DNA from: an uncultured Methanosarcinales archaeon
Lineage (GTDB): Archaea > Nanobdellota > Nanobdellia > Woesearchaeales > CAZYIM01
NCBI GenBank assembly: GCA_964647565.1
Contig: CAZYIM010000017.1
Coordinates: 1 to 54,738 of the forward strand
Reading direction: 5' to 3'
Length of the DNA: 54,738 nucleotides
The translations under genes and the position numbers were made by a program. Positions 29,610-38,828 of the stretch are shown here, piece by piece; the stretch's first letter is position 1, and the number at the start of each line of letters is the position of its first letter. A model generated the notes under the pieces. It had not been told where the DNA came from. It saw nothing but the letters and a program-made list of their open reading frames with translations, and did not search any database.

Positions 29610-32407
29610 TATATGGAACTCTTGGAAGGACTGGACTGAAAGTATCTGCAGTTGGTTTTGGAGGTGGACCTCTGCAATCAGTAGAATATGATGAATCAAA
29701 AGAGTTGTTAGAGGCTGCATTAGATGCAGGTATGAACATTTTTGATGTTGACAAAGTCCACAAGTCAAATGAAGAGAAACTTAGTCTTCTTAAGAACAGA
29801 CGTGATGAACACTTCATTGCTACAAAATCGCTTTCACAGTCAAGACAGGATATGGAACGGGATATAGCTGAAAGCCTTGCTTTACTGCAGACAGAATATA
29901 TTGATATTTACCAGCTTCATATGGTTAATACTGAAGAGGATCTTAAGATTCGGATGGAAGGAGCTATGAAAGCCCTGAAAAAAGCTCAAACGGAAGGCAA
30001 GATCGGGTTTATTGGTATAACTGGCCATAATATTCCAACATTAATCAAAGCTGTGAAAACCAATGAATTTGATACAATAATGGTTGCGTATAATACTGGT
30101 CATACTATTGCAGATGAACTTTTAAATTTAGCCAAGACCCTGAATCTAGGAGTTCTTTCCATGAAACCTTTGGGGGGTGGTTTTTTAGTGGATCCCAAAT
30201 ATGCCAATGGCACAAATCCTGAGATGGCAAAAAAAATGACCTTAAAAAATGCTTTAACATTTTCAATTTTTGAGTCACGCATTGATTGCACATTTTTAGG
30301 AATAAACCAACTCAGGCAGGTGAAGGAGCTGAAGACAATTAATTTTGACAAGATTTCCCTGAGTGATAAACAGAAAAAATCCATGCAAGCTGCTGTGAGG
30401 AACTTTTTAGGAGATGATTATTGCAGAACCTGCAAATATTGTCTTCCCTGTGCCAATAATCCTGATCTGGAGATTGATGAGATTCTTAGATTAAAGGGAT
30501 TTTCTGAAAAATATGGATATTCTGTGACCCCTCAACAAATATATGGAACTAAGGTAACTGCGTTAGCCTGTGAGAAATGCTATGCGTGTGTAAAAAAATG
30601 CCCTTATAAAATTGATATTCCCAAGAGATTGAGCGAAGCGCATGAAATCCTATGTACAGATGAGAATAGGTATGTGGTGAGTATGCATATTGAGTCTAAA
30701 TATGATGAAGAGTGGAAAGAAAAGCTTGAACAATGGATGCAAGAGGGCAATAATCCGAGTGTGATTGAATTTGCAAGAGAGAATCTTAAAGAATATCCTA
30801 ATAATATTGCTCTACTAAACTTTTTAGGTCCTGCATTGTTCTATGATGGTAATGAGGCAGAAGCAGAGAAAGTAAAGAAAAAACTGCTGGAATTAAAATC
30901 AGATATACACAGATTTCATGAGGCTTGGGGCAATGCGTATTATGAAAGAGGGCGGATTTCCAAGGCGATGAAAGAGTATGAACTTCATATAAAGTCGACA
31001 ACGTCATATAGCGAGAAGCTGCACGCTAAGTACCGTATCGCCATTTGTAAGCGGCTTCTGTTGAAAGGACAAAAATCTTTTTTTAAGTTGATAGGTGGAA
31101 ATAAAAAAGAAGTTGTGAATTTGACTTTAATATCAGATAATGATAAAGTGTGGAAAAATCAGATGGAAAAATGGATGCTGAAAGGTGAACACAAGAAAGT
31201 GATTGATTTTGCTAAGGTTGAGTTGAGGAGGTTTCCTAATAATGTTGGCTTGCTTGGCTTTTTGGGTTCTGCTTTGTTTTTTGAGGGTTTTGAGTCTGAG
31301 GGTGAGGCGATTAAGGAGAAACTGTTTGGCTTGGATCCTGGTGCCAAAGATTTTCATATGACTTGGGCGAGTGTCTATTTTGAGCGAGGCAGATATTCCC
31401 AGGCTATGACTGAATACTTATCTGTGCTTAAGGCTGATGCTGATAAAGATAAGCATGAATTGGATGAGATTCTGGATCGTATTGATATATGCAAGAAGCT
31501 TGCTAAGAGTGGAGGCAAAACATTCTCTAAGTTGATAGGGAAAAACCAGAAAAATGTTGTTAGCATGGCTTTGACTTCAAAGTTTGACAATGAATGGAGA
31601 AAAAAGTTCAATAAAATGAATAGGGCTGGAAAATTGACAGAAGCAATTGATTTTGCTAAGGTTGAGTTGAGGAGGTTTCCTAATGATGTTGCGTTGCTTG
31701 ATTTTTTGGGTCCTGCTTTGTTTTTTGAGGGTTTTGAGTCTGAGGGTGAGGCTGTTAAGCAGAAACTGTTTGGGTTGGATCCTAATGTCGAGAGTTTTCA
31801 TGAGGCTTGGGGTAATGTTTACTTTGAGAAGGGTAACTTCTCTAAAGCTCTTAATGAATATAAGATTGTATTAAAAAACGACTTAAAAACCAAAGATATT
31901 AGCGAGGATGAACTTAATAGACGTATAAAATTATCTAAAAAACTTGTCAAAGTCGGAGGTACTACTTTTACTAAATTAACCCAAACCAACTTAAAAGAGG
32001 TTATGAGCTTTGCTTTAGTTTCCAAGTTTGATGAGGACTGGAGTAAAAAACTTGAAAAATGGATGATGGATGGCGATAATCTAAAAGTTATAGACTTGGC
32101 CAAAGAGAACTTGAGGAAGTTTCCTAATGATGTTGCGTTGCTTGATTTTTTGGGTCCTGCCTTATTTAATGAGGGTTTCATTCAAGAGGCCGAGGCGTAT
32201 AAACAAAAGCTTCTAGAACTGAGGCCTGACCTGCCCAATTTTCATGAAGCATGGGGCAATGCCTATTTTGGCCGAGCCAAATATTCTGAAGCAATCAGGG
32301 AATATGAAACTTATCTGAATACCCTCAATAACAAGGCCGAAATAAATAGAGTACAAAAACGGATTGAGAAATGTAAAAATCTTCAATCAAAAAATGGAAA
32401 AAAATGA
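29606..32407 (+). CDS. Aldo/keto reductase + 2x[4Fe-4S] ferredoxin-like domain + four TPR-like repeats
   Basis: LGRTGLKVSAVGFGG, YIDIYQLH, IGITGH, MKPLGGG; CRTCKYCLPC and CEKCYACVKKCP; four ~146-148 aa C-terminal repeats. Confidence 0.9.
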   Translation: MIYGTLGRTGLKVSAVGFGGGPLQSVEYDESKELLEAALDAGMNIFDVDKVHKSNEEKLSLLKNRRDEHFIATKSLSQSRQDMERDIAESLALLQTEYIDIYQLHMVNTEEDLKIRMEGAMKALKKAQTEGKIGFIGITGHNIPTLIKAVKTNEFDTIMVAYNTGHTIADELLNLAKTLNLGVLSMKPLGGGFLVDPKYANGTNPEMAKKMTLKNALTFSIFESRIDCTFLGINQLRQVKELKTINFDKISLSDKQKKSMQAAVRNFLGDDYCRTCKYCLPCANNPDLEIDEILRLKGFSEKYGYSVTPQQIYGTKVTALACEKCYACVKKCPYKIDIPKRLSEAHEILCTDENRYVVSMHIESKYDEEWKEKLEQWMQEGNNPSVIEFARENLKEYPNNIALLNFLGPALFYDGNEAEAEKVKKKLLELKSDIHRFHEAWGNAYYERGRISKAMKEYELHIKSTTSYSEKLHAKYRIAICKRLLLKGQKSFFKLIGGNKKEVVNLTLISDNDKVWKNQMEKWMLKGEHKKVIDFAKVELRRFPNNVGLLGFLGSALFFEGFESEGEAIKEKLFGLDPGAKDFHMTWASVYFERGRYSQAMTEYLSVLKADADKDKHELDEILDRIDICKKLAKSGGKTFSKLIGKNQKNVVSMALTSKFDNEWRKKFNKMNRAGKLTEAIDFAKVELRRFPNDVALLDFLGPALFFEGFESEGEAVKQKLFGLDPNVESFHEAWGNVYFEKGNFSKALNEYKIVLKNDLKTKDISEDELNRRIKLSKKLVKVGGTTFTKLTQTNLKEVMSFALVSKFDEDWSKKLEKWMMDGDNLKVIDLAKENLRKFPNDVALLDFLGPALFNEGFIQEAEAYKQKLLELRPDLPNFHEAWGNAYFGRAKYSEAIREYETYLNTLNNKAEINRVQKRIEKCKNLQSKNGKK
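30674..32404 (+). repeat. Four tandem ~444-nt (148-aa) TPR-like coding repeats
   Basis: Each unit reads V(V/M)...W...(V/A)I(D/E)(F/L)A...(F/Y)PN(N/D)..LL.FLG.ALF..G...FH..W...Y; matching segments of units 2, 3 and 4 are 444 nt apart. Confidence 0.9.
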
Positions 32408-33462
32408 TGCAGTTATTTAGGAGAAAAAAACAAAGTTATTCACTTCCAAAGTTGATTCTAGATATGGATATTCTTGATAATGGAAAAAAATCTGAAGATG
32501 AGGTCAAGGATATATTGAATTTTTCTTTTGAATCCGGTTTAGACTGTGTTTTTTTCCAGAATAATCCTGAAGTAATAAAAAGACGGATTACAGGAATTCC
32601 TGCTGACTGTAAAATCATATTGGGTTTGGATTATCATAAACCCCTTCCTGGCAAATCTAGAAGCCAAATCATAAAGATTTTTTCTGATTTGCTGAACCTC
32701 TTTGGAAAAAAAAGACCTTTTATGTTGGTATTATATGATATTGTCGCAAACAGGTCCTGGGATGAGATTAGGAACGGGGATTTCTATAAGGCTATGTTGG
32801 CTATTAAAAGAAAAGGCATGATTTCGCAACTGGGGGTACATAGCAGTAATGTCTCTATTATGAAAGATGTCATGGATGATCCTGATATTGATTCAATTTT
32901 TATCTCATTTAATGTCAGAAATACGTTGGCAAAGGAACTTTTCTCCCAGATTAATAATAGTAATAAAACATTGATTGCATTTGACCCATTCCAGTTTGAC
33001 TTATTGAGGGATGATCCTGATTTTCAAAAACACGGTTTTTACAAAGAGGATTTTCTTAGATTTGTCTTGTCACATAACTCTTTTAACTCTGTCCTTTCTG
33101 ATTTTGATAACATTGATGATGTGTGGCATCAAATATCTGCGTCTAGAAAAGAAAAACTGAGTGATGAGGATATGAAAAGAATAATTGAGTCAGCGGATGA
33201 GAAATTAGGGGAACAATTTTGTAGAGGCTGCCAGCTATGCTGGCCATGTAAAGTCCATGAAGGTTTTTTTAAGATTGATATTTTTCAATGTCTTGAAAGG
33301 AAGTCGAGTGTATATGATGATCCTGGAGTAAAAGAAGCATATCATCGCCTTGAAATGCAAGCAGATGAATGCGCCAAATGTGGAGATTGTGAGAAAAGAT
33401 GTCCTTTCCATGTGCCAATAATAAAGAGACTGGAGGAAGCTCATAAGAAGCTGTCGAATTAA
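32404..33462 (+). CDS. Degenerate aldo/keto reductase + 2x[4Fe-4S] domain
   Basis: KGMISQLGVHS AKR-like region; CRGCQLCWPC and CAKCGDCEKRCP; N-terminal AKR motifs eroded. Confidence 0.82.
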   Translation: MMQLFRRKKQSYSLPKLILDMDILDNGKKSEDEVKDILNFSFESGLDCVFFQNNPEVIKRRITGIPADCKIILGLDYHKPLPGKSRSQIIKIFSDLLNLFGKKRPFMLVLYDIVANRSWDEIRNGDFYKAMLAIKRKGMISQLGVHSSNVSIMKDVMDDPDIDSIFISFNVRNTLAKELFSQINNSNKTLIAFDPFQFDLLRDDPDFQKHGFYKEDFLRFVLSHNSFNSVLSDFDNIDDVWHQISASRKEKLSDEDMKRIIESADEKLGEQFCRGCQLCWPCKVHEGFFKIDIFQCLERKSSVYDDPGVKEAYHRLEMQADECAKCGDCEKRCPFHVPIIKRLEEAHKKLSN

Positions 33463-33466
33463 GAAA

Positions 33467-34525
33467 ATGATCTATAGAAAACTCGGTCGGACAAAATTAA
33501 AAGTATCTGTATTGGGTGTGGGCGGAGGAGCGTTCTATAATCCTGAGATAGGTGCCAGGGAGGTTAATTCAGTAATCTCATTTGCAGCCTCGAGAGGTGT
33601 AAACTTTTTCGAGACTGCTGAAGATTATGATGAAGCTAAGTTAGAATCTGCATTTTTAAGAATAAAAAATAGAATTTTAACTTCTAAATCCACTGCATAC
33701 GACGAAAGGACTATGTCCCGAGCAGTTGATTCCAGTTTGAAGAAACTGAACTTAGACTATTTGGATATATACCAGGTTCAGACTTTAACTACTAAACAAG
33801 ATCTGAGAAATAGGATTGATTCAGGAGTCATTAAGGCCCTGAAAAAAGCCAGGTCAAATGGTAAGATAGGATTTATAGGTCTTTCAAGCCATAGGCTAAA
33901 GACGATAATAGCTGCAATCAAGACTAATGAGTTTGATGTTATTGAACTGCCTTATAGCATCGGCCAGTATGCCTCTGAAGAGGTGATCGATATTGCTAAG
34001 CAGCACGATGTAGGGGTGATTGCGATCATGACCTTAGGTGGAGGGATTCTGGTTGACAGAGACGGTGAAAGTAATGCTGCGGATTTTATGACAACCCAGA
34101 ACGCTTTGTCATTTGTGCTTTCCAACAAGAAAGTATCTACTGCCTTAGTCGGAATGAGTAGAATAGAACACGTATGGAGAAATATTAATGCTGTGTCCAA
34201 GCAGACAGTTTCTCTTTCAACAAAACAAAGAAATCGAATTCAAGATAGGGTTTTTAGGTTCTTAGGTAAGGATTTTTGTAGATCTTGCAAAGGGTGCATG
34301 CCTTGCGATGTCCATGGATGGCAATTCAGTATTGATAATTTCTTCAGGTTTCTTGCATTCTGCCAGAAATATGATTATAAGCATTTTGCTCAGGAATATC
34401 AGCATCTGCCAATTTTTGCTGACAAATGCACTGAGTGTGGTGAATGTGAGAAAAGATGTCCATATAATATTTCCATCATGAGGAGATTGAAAGAGGCTCA
34501 TGCTGTACTCTCACAAAATCAATAA
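33467..34525 (+). CDS. Aldo/keto reductase + 2x[4Fe-4S] domain
   Basis: YRKLGRTKLKVSVLGVGG, ETAEDY, YLDIYQ, IGLSSH; CRSCKGCMPC and CTECGECEKRCP. Confidence 0.9.
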   Translation: MIYRKLGRTKLKVSVLGVGGGAFYNPEIGAREVNSVISFAASRGVNFFETAEDYDEAKLESAFLRIKNRILTSKSTAYDERTMSRAVDSSLKKLNLDYLDIYQVQTLTTKQDLRNRIDSGVIKALKKARSNGKIGFIGLSSHRLKTIIAAIKTNEFDVIELPYSIGQYASEEVIDIAKQHDVGVIAIMTLGGGILVDRDGESNAADFMTTQNALSFVLSNKKVSTALVGMSRIEHVWRNINAVSKQTVSLSTKQRNRIQDRVFRFLGKDFCRSCKGCMPCDVHGWQFSIDNFFRFLAFCQKYDYKHFAQEYQHLPIFADKCTECGECEKRCPYNISIMRRLKEAHAVLSQNQ

Positions 34526-34538
34526 CTCGATTTCTATC

Positions 34539-36053
34539 TTATTTTTCAAGAACACATTTGTCAAAGAAGAGTTCATGAGTATCCCAACCGTTCTCTTTAC
34601 TTTCCATAGTTTTTTTAATCATATTGTAGAATTTATTGATCTGTTTTATCTTTTCTTCAGCAGATAATCCCTCTTCTTCAAAGGGTATAGATGACCAAGA
34701 TTGGAACAGTTCTTGTTTATCATCTCTTATCTTAATTTTAAATTTTGAGGGATTAGCAAGCATATCTCCCGCAAGATAGAACTTGTAGAGGTTCATATCA
34801 TCGATATATCTTAAGTTTCTCTTGATAAAACCTACGGTAAACAGCACATCTTTGAGAGTCTCATATGGGAAGCCTGTAATGACATCAATAGTTGTGGTAA
34901 TGCCTTCATTGTGGATTACTTTAATCATCTCTTCAGCTTTATTAATGTTGAAGGGTTTTCTTATGTATTTGAGCATTCGTGGACTAGCAGATTCAACTCC
35001 GAAGACTAATCTTATAGCTCCTGATTTTTTTAATTTATGCACTAACTTTTTATTGAGATTCCCCAAATGAACACAGTCTGTCCATGAGATATTGAGATCT
35101 TGTTTTATGAATTCATTGCACAGAGTCTCTGCGTATTTTGGAGTAGAATTAAAACAGGAATTCAGGAAGTAGAAATAGTTAGTCTTGTATTGTTTTTTTA
35201 AGTATAATATGTCCTCCACAACATCAGGGGGATTCTTGTTGGCAAAGGGGGCTGTTGAGCAAAAACAAAATGCACAATTGTTAGGACATCCCTTTACAAA
35301 AAAATAAGGCAGGTAAAGAATGTCTGAGCTCATTTCTTTTCCATCAACCTTTCTTACGATTTTTCGTTTATAAAGGTGGATTGGTAGACCATTATAGTCT
35401 GGCCTTGTGAATACAATTTTGTTGTAATCATTGGTATGATTAAATTTTAATTTTCCATTTTGTAGGTGCGTAATTCCTCTTAGATCTATTTTTTTTTTAT
35501 CATATGTATTTAAAAATCCTAGAAGAGATAGCTCACTTATTGCATAAACATTAGATCTGTCAAAAACATAGTCAATTAATCTTGATTTTAAAAGTTGTTC
35601 GCTCGTATTATCGCCAATCTGCCCTCCTACAATTACAATCGATCCATACTTATCCTTAATTACTTTGCCAAGACCCATGGCAATGGCAGCTGTGGAGATG
35701 TTTTCATCAGCATCCAAGGAGAGTCCTACAATATCTGGACTTTTTAGATGCATTAATTTTAATAATTGTTCTGACTGTTCTTCAATATCTGGTGAATATT
35801 TCTCATTTTCAAGTTGATTTACCTTTTTTTCATCCATAAAAACATCGAGTTTTATTCTATTATTTGATTCAGAAACAGTATTGTGATGGTGGACTTTAAT
35901 ATCCAGATCATCCTGTTCAACTTTGATGTTGTGTTTTTTTAGAAAACCTGTTAAGGTGGCAATACCCAGTGGAGGAAATTGGGGATTACGTGATATGCTT
36001 CCTGTGTTCCTGTCGCAATGTACTCTTGGTGAGAAAATCAGTTGTAACTTCAT
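34539..36053 (-). CDS. Cobalamin-binding-type radical SAM protein (VEQDDLDIKV subfamily)
   Basis: FPPLGIATL, IVGG, GCPNNCAFC, FGVESAS, ITGFPYE. Confidence 0.9.
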   Translation of the reverse strand: MKLQLIFSPRVHCDRNTGSISRNPQFPPLGIATLTGFLKKHNIKVEQDDLDIKVHHHNTVSESNNRIKLDVFMDEKKVNQLENEKYSPDIEEQSEQLLKLMHLKSPDIVGLSLDADENISTAAIAMGLGKVIKDKYGSIVIVGGQIGDNTSEQLLKSRLIDYVFDRSNVYAISELSLLGFLNTYDKKKIDLRGITHLQNGKLKFNHTNDYNKIVFTRPDYNGLPIHLYKRKIVRKVDGKEMSSDILYLPYFFVKGCPNNCAFCFCSTAPFANKNPPDVVEDILYLKKQYKTNYFYFLNSCFNSTPKYAETLCNEFIKQDLNISWTDCVHLGNLNKKLVHKLKKSGAIRLVFGVESASPRMLKYIRKPFNINKAEEMIKVIHNEGITTTIDVITGFPYETLKDVLFTVGFIKRNLRYIDDMNLYKFYLAGDMLANPSKFKIKIRDDKQELFQSWSSIPFEEEGLSAEEKIKQINKFYNMIKKTMESKENGWDTHELFFDKCVLEK

Positions 36054-37180
36054 CTGGTGGCCTCAATGCCTTGTTTTCTTCTTTTTTCAATCTCCACAAT
36101 CTTTTCTCGCATTTTCCTCCCAAAGCTGATTACCGACATAGCACAGCAGTTCTTGCAGAACTTAGGCACCTTTTTACTTGCCAATTGCTGTCTGACACTT
36201 TCAAAATAATTCCCTTTCCAGATTTCTTTAAGAGTCTTTATCTTTGTATTGTCTGGGTTTATAGCTTTATAATGAACACCGCAGGTGCTTACATCACCAT
36301 TTGCGCATATGTTCATGAAAAACCACGGTGTGAAACAAGGTATAGATAATATATTGCTAGATACGTTCTTTTCAGAATCATGTTTTACTAATTCTTTTAA
36401 ATCATTAGATTTTTTGACAAGTTCAGGTTCGATATCCTCAATATTATGTCTGATGTTGAGTTTTTTGGCTAGTTTTTTTGCTTTAGTCAGATTTACTAGG
36501 AACTCTTTCTTGTTTTCTTCTGTCAAGAGCAATTGTTTTCCAAGACTAGTTTCTTTGACCTGCATTGGCTGTATCATTAGACTATCTGCTCCACAATCAT
36601 GCACAAATTGTACAAATTCTTCAATCTTGATGTGGTTATGTCTGCTTATTACAGGTGCAATGACCAATTCAGGGATTTCTAACCTGAGTTTTTTCTTTTT
36701 TTGAGAAAAAAGCCTGACATTATTTGTGGCTTTTTCAAAAGCTCTAGGCATCTGCCGGAGATAATCATGTGTCTTGGCATCAGGACCATCAATACTAAAT
36801 ACTACTTGATTAAGTCCTTGTTCTGTAAGAGCTTTTATATCTTCTTTCTTGAAAAGCGTGCCGTTTGTGACAATAGAACAGGAGATACCTGCTTTTTTTA
36901 TCCTTGACATTAATTCAATTGTAATATTACGACAAAGAGGTTCTCCTCCTCCTGTAAAATGGACGTTTTTCACTCTTAGCTTGATGACCTGGTCTACTAT
37001 ATCAGAAAGTTGTTCATCTGTAAGTTCTTCTTCTTTAATATAAGATTTTTTTCCCCTGGCTTCGCATGCAAGACATTTGAGGTTGCATTGTTGTGTTGGA
37101 ATAATCTCGATGGATAGAGGCCTAATGGCTTTGCCTTCTAGCCATTTGATGACATTAATAGCTCTAAGTTCTTCAATCAT
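36050..37180 (-). CDS. Radical SAM protein with Twitch/SPASM-like domain
   Basis: CNLKCLAC, GGGEP, TNG, SIDG; CFTPW-x-STC...CKNCC. Confidence 0.93.
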   Translation of the reverse strand: MIEELRAINVIKWLEGKAIRPLSIEIIPTQQCNLKCLACEARGKKSYIKEEELTDEQLSDIVDQVIKLRVKNVHFTGGGEPLCRNITIELMSRIKKAGISCSIVTNGTLFKKEDIKALTEQGLNQVVFSIDGPDAKTHDYLRQMPRAFEKATNNVRLFSQKKKKLRLEIPELVIAPVISRHNHIKIEEFVQFVHDCGADSLMIQPMQVKETSLGKQLLLTEENKKEFLVNLTKAKKLAKKLNIRHNIEDIEPELVKKSNDLKELVKHDSEKNVSSNILSIPCFTPWFFMNICANGDVSTCGVHYKAINPDNTKIKTLKEIWKGNYFESVRQQLASKKVPKFCKNCCAMSVISFGRKMREKIVEIEKRRKQGIEATR

Positions 37181-38727
37181 TTTTTCATATTATTGAATAA
37201 GATGTTGTGTTTGTACAAGAAGAATAATCTGTGGGCATCTGGTGCTGTTATGAAGTTATTAGTAATTTCTTCGTATAAGACATCATAATTCTTTATGATT
37301 TCTTTGATCTTATTATCCCATTTCATGCCGTATATTTCATTAAATCCCCTATTTGACCAGTTATTGTGAGTATTTTTTCTGTCTTCAAATACTTCAATTC
37401 CATATTTTTCAGGATTGTTCATGAATGTGCCCTCGAGCCAGAATTTGTTCAGAGAACAAGCCCCTATGAATTCTTTATGCTTTCTTAGAAATTTGAGAGA
37501 TGCCTGAGTATCGTTTTGAGATTCATATGGAAAACCTGAGATCATGTCAAGTTCAGGCCATATCTTGAGCTTTTTGCACAATTTCAAAACCTCAACTGCC
37601 TTTCCAACTGTAAAATTCTTGTGTATGAGACTGAGGACTGTTGGGCTTGCACTCTCAAATCCAAATACCATTCTTAATGCCCCTGATTTTTTTAATTTTA
37701 CAAGAAGATTTTTATCTAACGGCTCAAAATTAGCACAATCCGACCAAAGTATATCAACATCGTTCTTTATCATTGCATTTGCAAAGGCTTCGGCATAAGA
37801 ATATGTTGGATTGATAGAACAGTTATGGAAATAGAAAAATTTGGTTTTATACTTCTTTGAGAAAAATTTAAGGTCTTCTGCAACAATTTCAGGATTCTTG
37901 CCTTGCCAATAATTCTGCAAAGAATGTGAACAGAAGGCACATTTATGTGGGCAGCCTCTGATGAAAAAATAAGGTATTATTAGAATTTTATCCGTTACCT
38001 TTTTCCTGTTTTTCTCAATAGTAAGCTCGCGTTTGTAGAGATCCATTGGCAGGCCTTCAAAACAAGGCGTTGTGATGGTTATCTCATCTTTTAGGTCGTA
38101 TTCCCTACCATTACGTACATATTTTCTATTTTTAATATACGCAGCACCAACCACATCATTTGATAAGCCTTTTTCAAACTGCTGACAGAACTTCAGAAGA
38201 TTGGGTTCTCCAACACTAGTTCCTGGATGGCCCAATATTCTATAATCAACAAATCCTGTTTCGATAAGTTGTCTATCTACCTCTCCGTGAATTGATCCGC
38301 CAATGATAATAGTGCTTCCATGTTTCTTCTTGAGAACTTTTGCTAGTGCTAGTGCAACACTGGCTGATGAGGGATTATCTGTTGGCATTAAAGAGAAACC
38401 AAAAACATCAAAACCGTCTGTCTTGGTCAATTTCAGGATCTTCTCTGCAGCATCCTCATACCCAGGATCATTTTTTGTTTTAAGAAACCTGTTGTATCTT
38501 TCAAGCTCAACAAATTGTTTTAAGTCTATTTTTTCACATTCTCTCACATTTTTGTTCTTATGCGCTACTTTGATGTCAAGATCATCCTGTTCAACATGAT
38601 AATGGTGTTGTTTCATATAGGCTGTTAAGGTAGATATTCCTAATGGCGGAAAATGAGGTGGATTGATAGGTCTATAATCATTAGGATCGCAGTGATATCT
38701 TGGCAGGAAAAGTAGTTTAAGTTTCAT
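37177..38727 (-). CDS. Cobalamin-binding-type radical SAM protein (VEQDDLDIKV subfamily)
   Basis: FPPLGISTL, IIIGG, RGCPHKCAFC, FGFESAS, ISGFPYE. Confidence 0.9.
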   Translation of the reverse strand: MKLKLLFLPRYHCDPNDYRPINPPHFPPLGISTLTAYMKQHHYHVEQDDLDIKVAHKNKNVRECEKIDLKQFVELERYNRFLKTKNDPGYEDAAEKILKLTKTDGFDVFGFSLMPTDNPSSASVALALAKVLKKKHGSTIIIGGSIHGEVDRQLIETGFVDYRILGHPGTSVGEPNLLKFCQQFEKGLSNDVVGAAYIKNRKYVRNGREYDLKDEITITTPCFEGLPMDLYKRELTIEKNRKKVTDKILIIPYFFIRGCPHKCAFCSHSLQNYWQGKNPEIVAEDLKFFSKKYKTKFFYFHNCSINPTYSYAEAFANAMIKNDVDILWSDCANFEPLDKNLLVKLKKSGALRMVFGFESASPTVLSLIHKNFTVGKAVEVLKLCKKLKIWPELDMISGFPYESQNDTQASLKFLRKHKEFIGACSLNKFWLEGTFMNNPEKYGIEVFEDRKNTHNNWSNRGFNEIYGMKWDNKIKEIIKNYDVLYEEITNNFITAPDAHRLFFLYKHNILFNNMKK

Positions 38728-38828
38728 TTTAATTCTATAATATTGATATATTTAGGATATAAATCTCTATCAGTCCAACCCCCCTCTGTCGAATATAGAA
38801 TTGTTTTAATAATTTTTCTATTTTAGGG

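Noticed and set aside
31202..31783. Diversity-generating retroelement TR/VR pair
   Set aside because: Both copies are in-frame coding, mismatches are not confined to adenines, and there is no reverse transcriptase in the window
31133..31801. Two similar antisense ORFs (31133..31357, 31577..31801)
   Set aside because: Their similarity is only the reverse complement of the repeat patches in the AKR-TPR gene
27436..38787. C-rich intergenic motifs CACCCCCTT (27436) and CAACCCCCCTC (~38776)
   Set aside because: Too short and dissimilar to call a shared element
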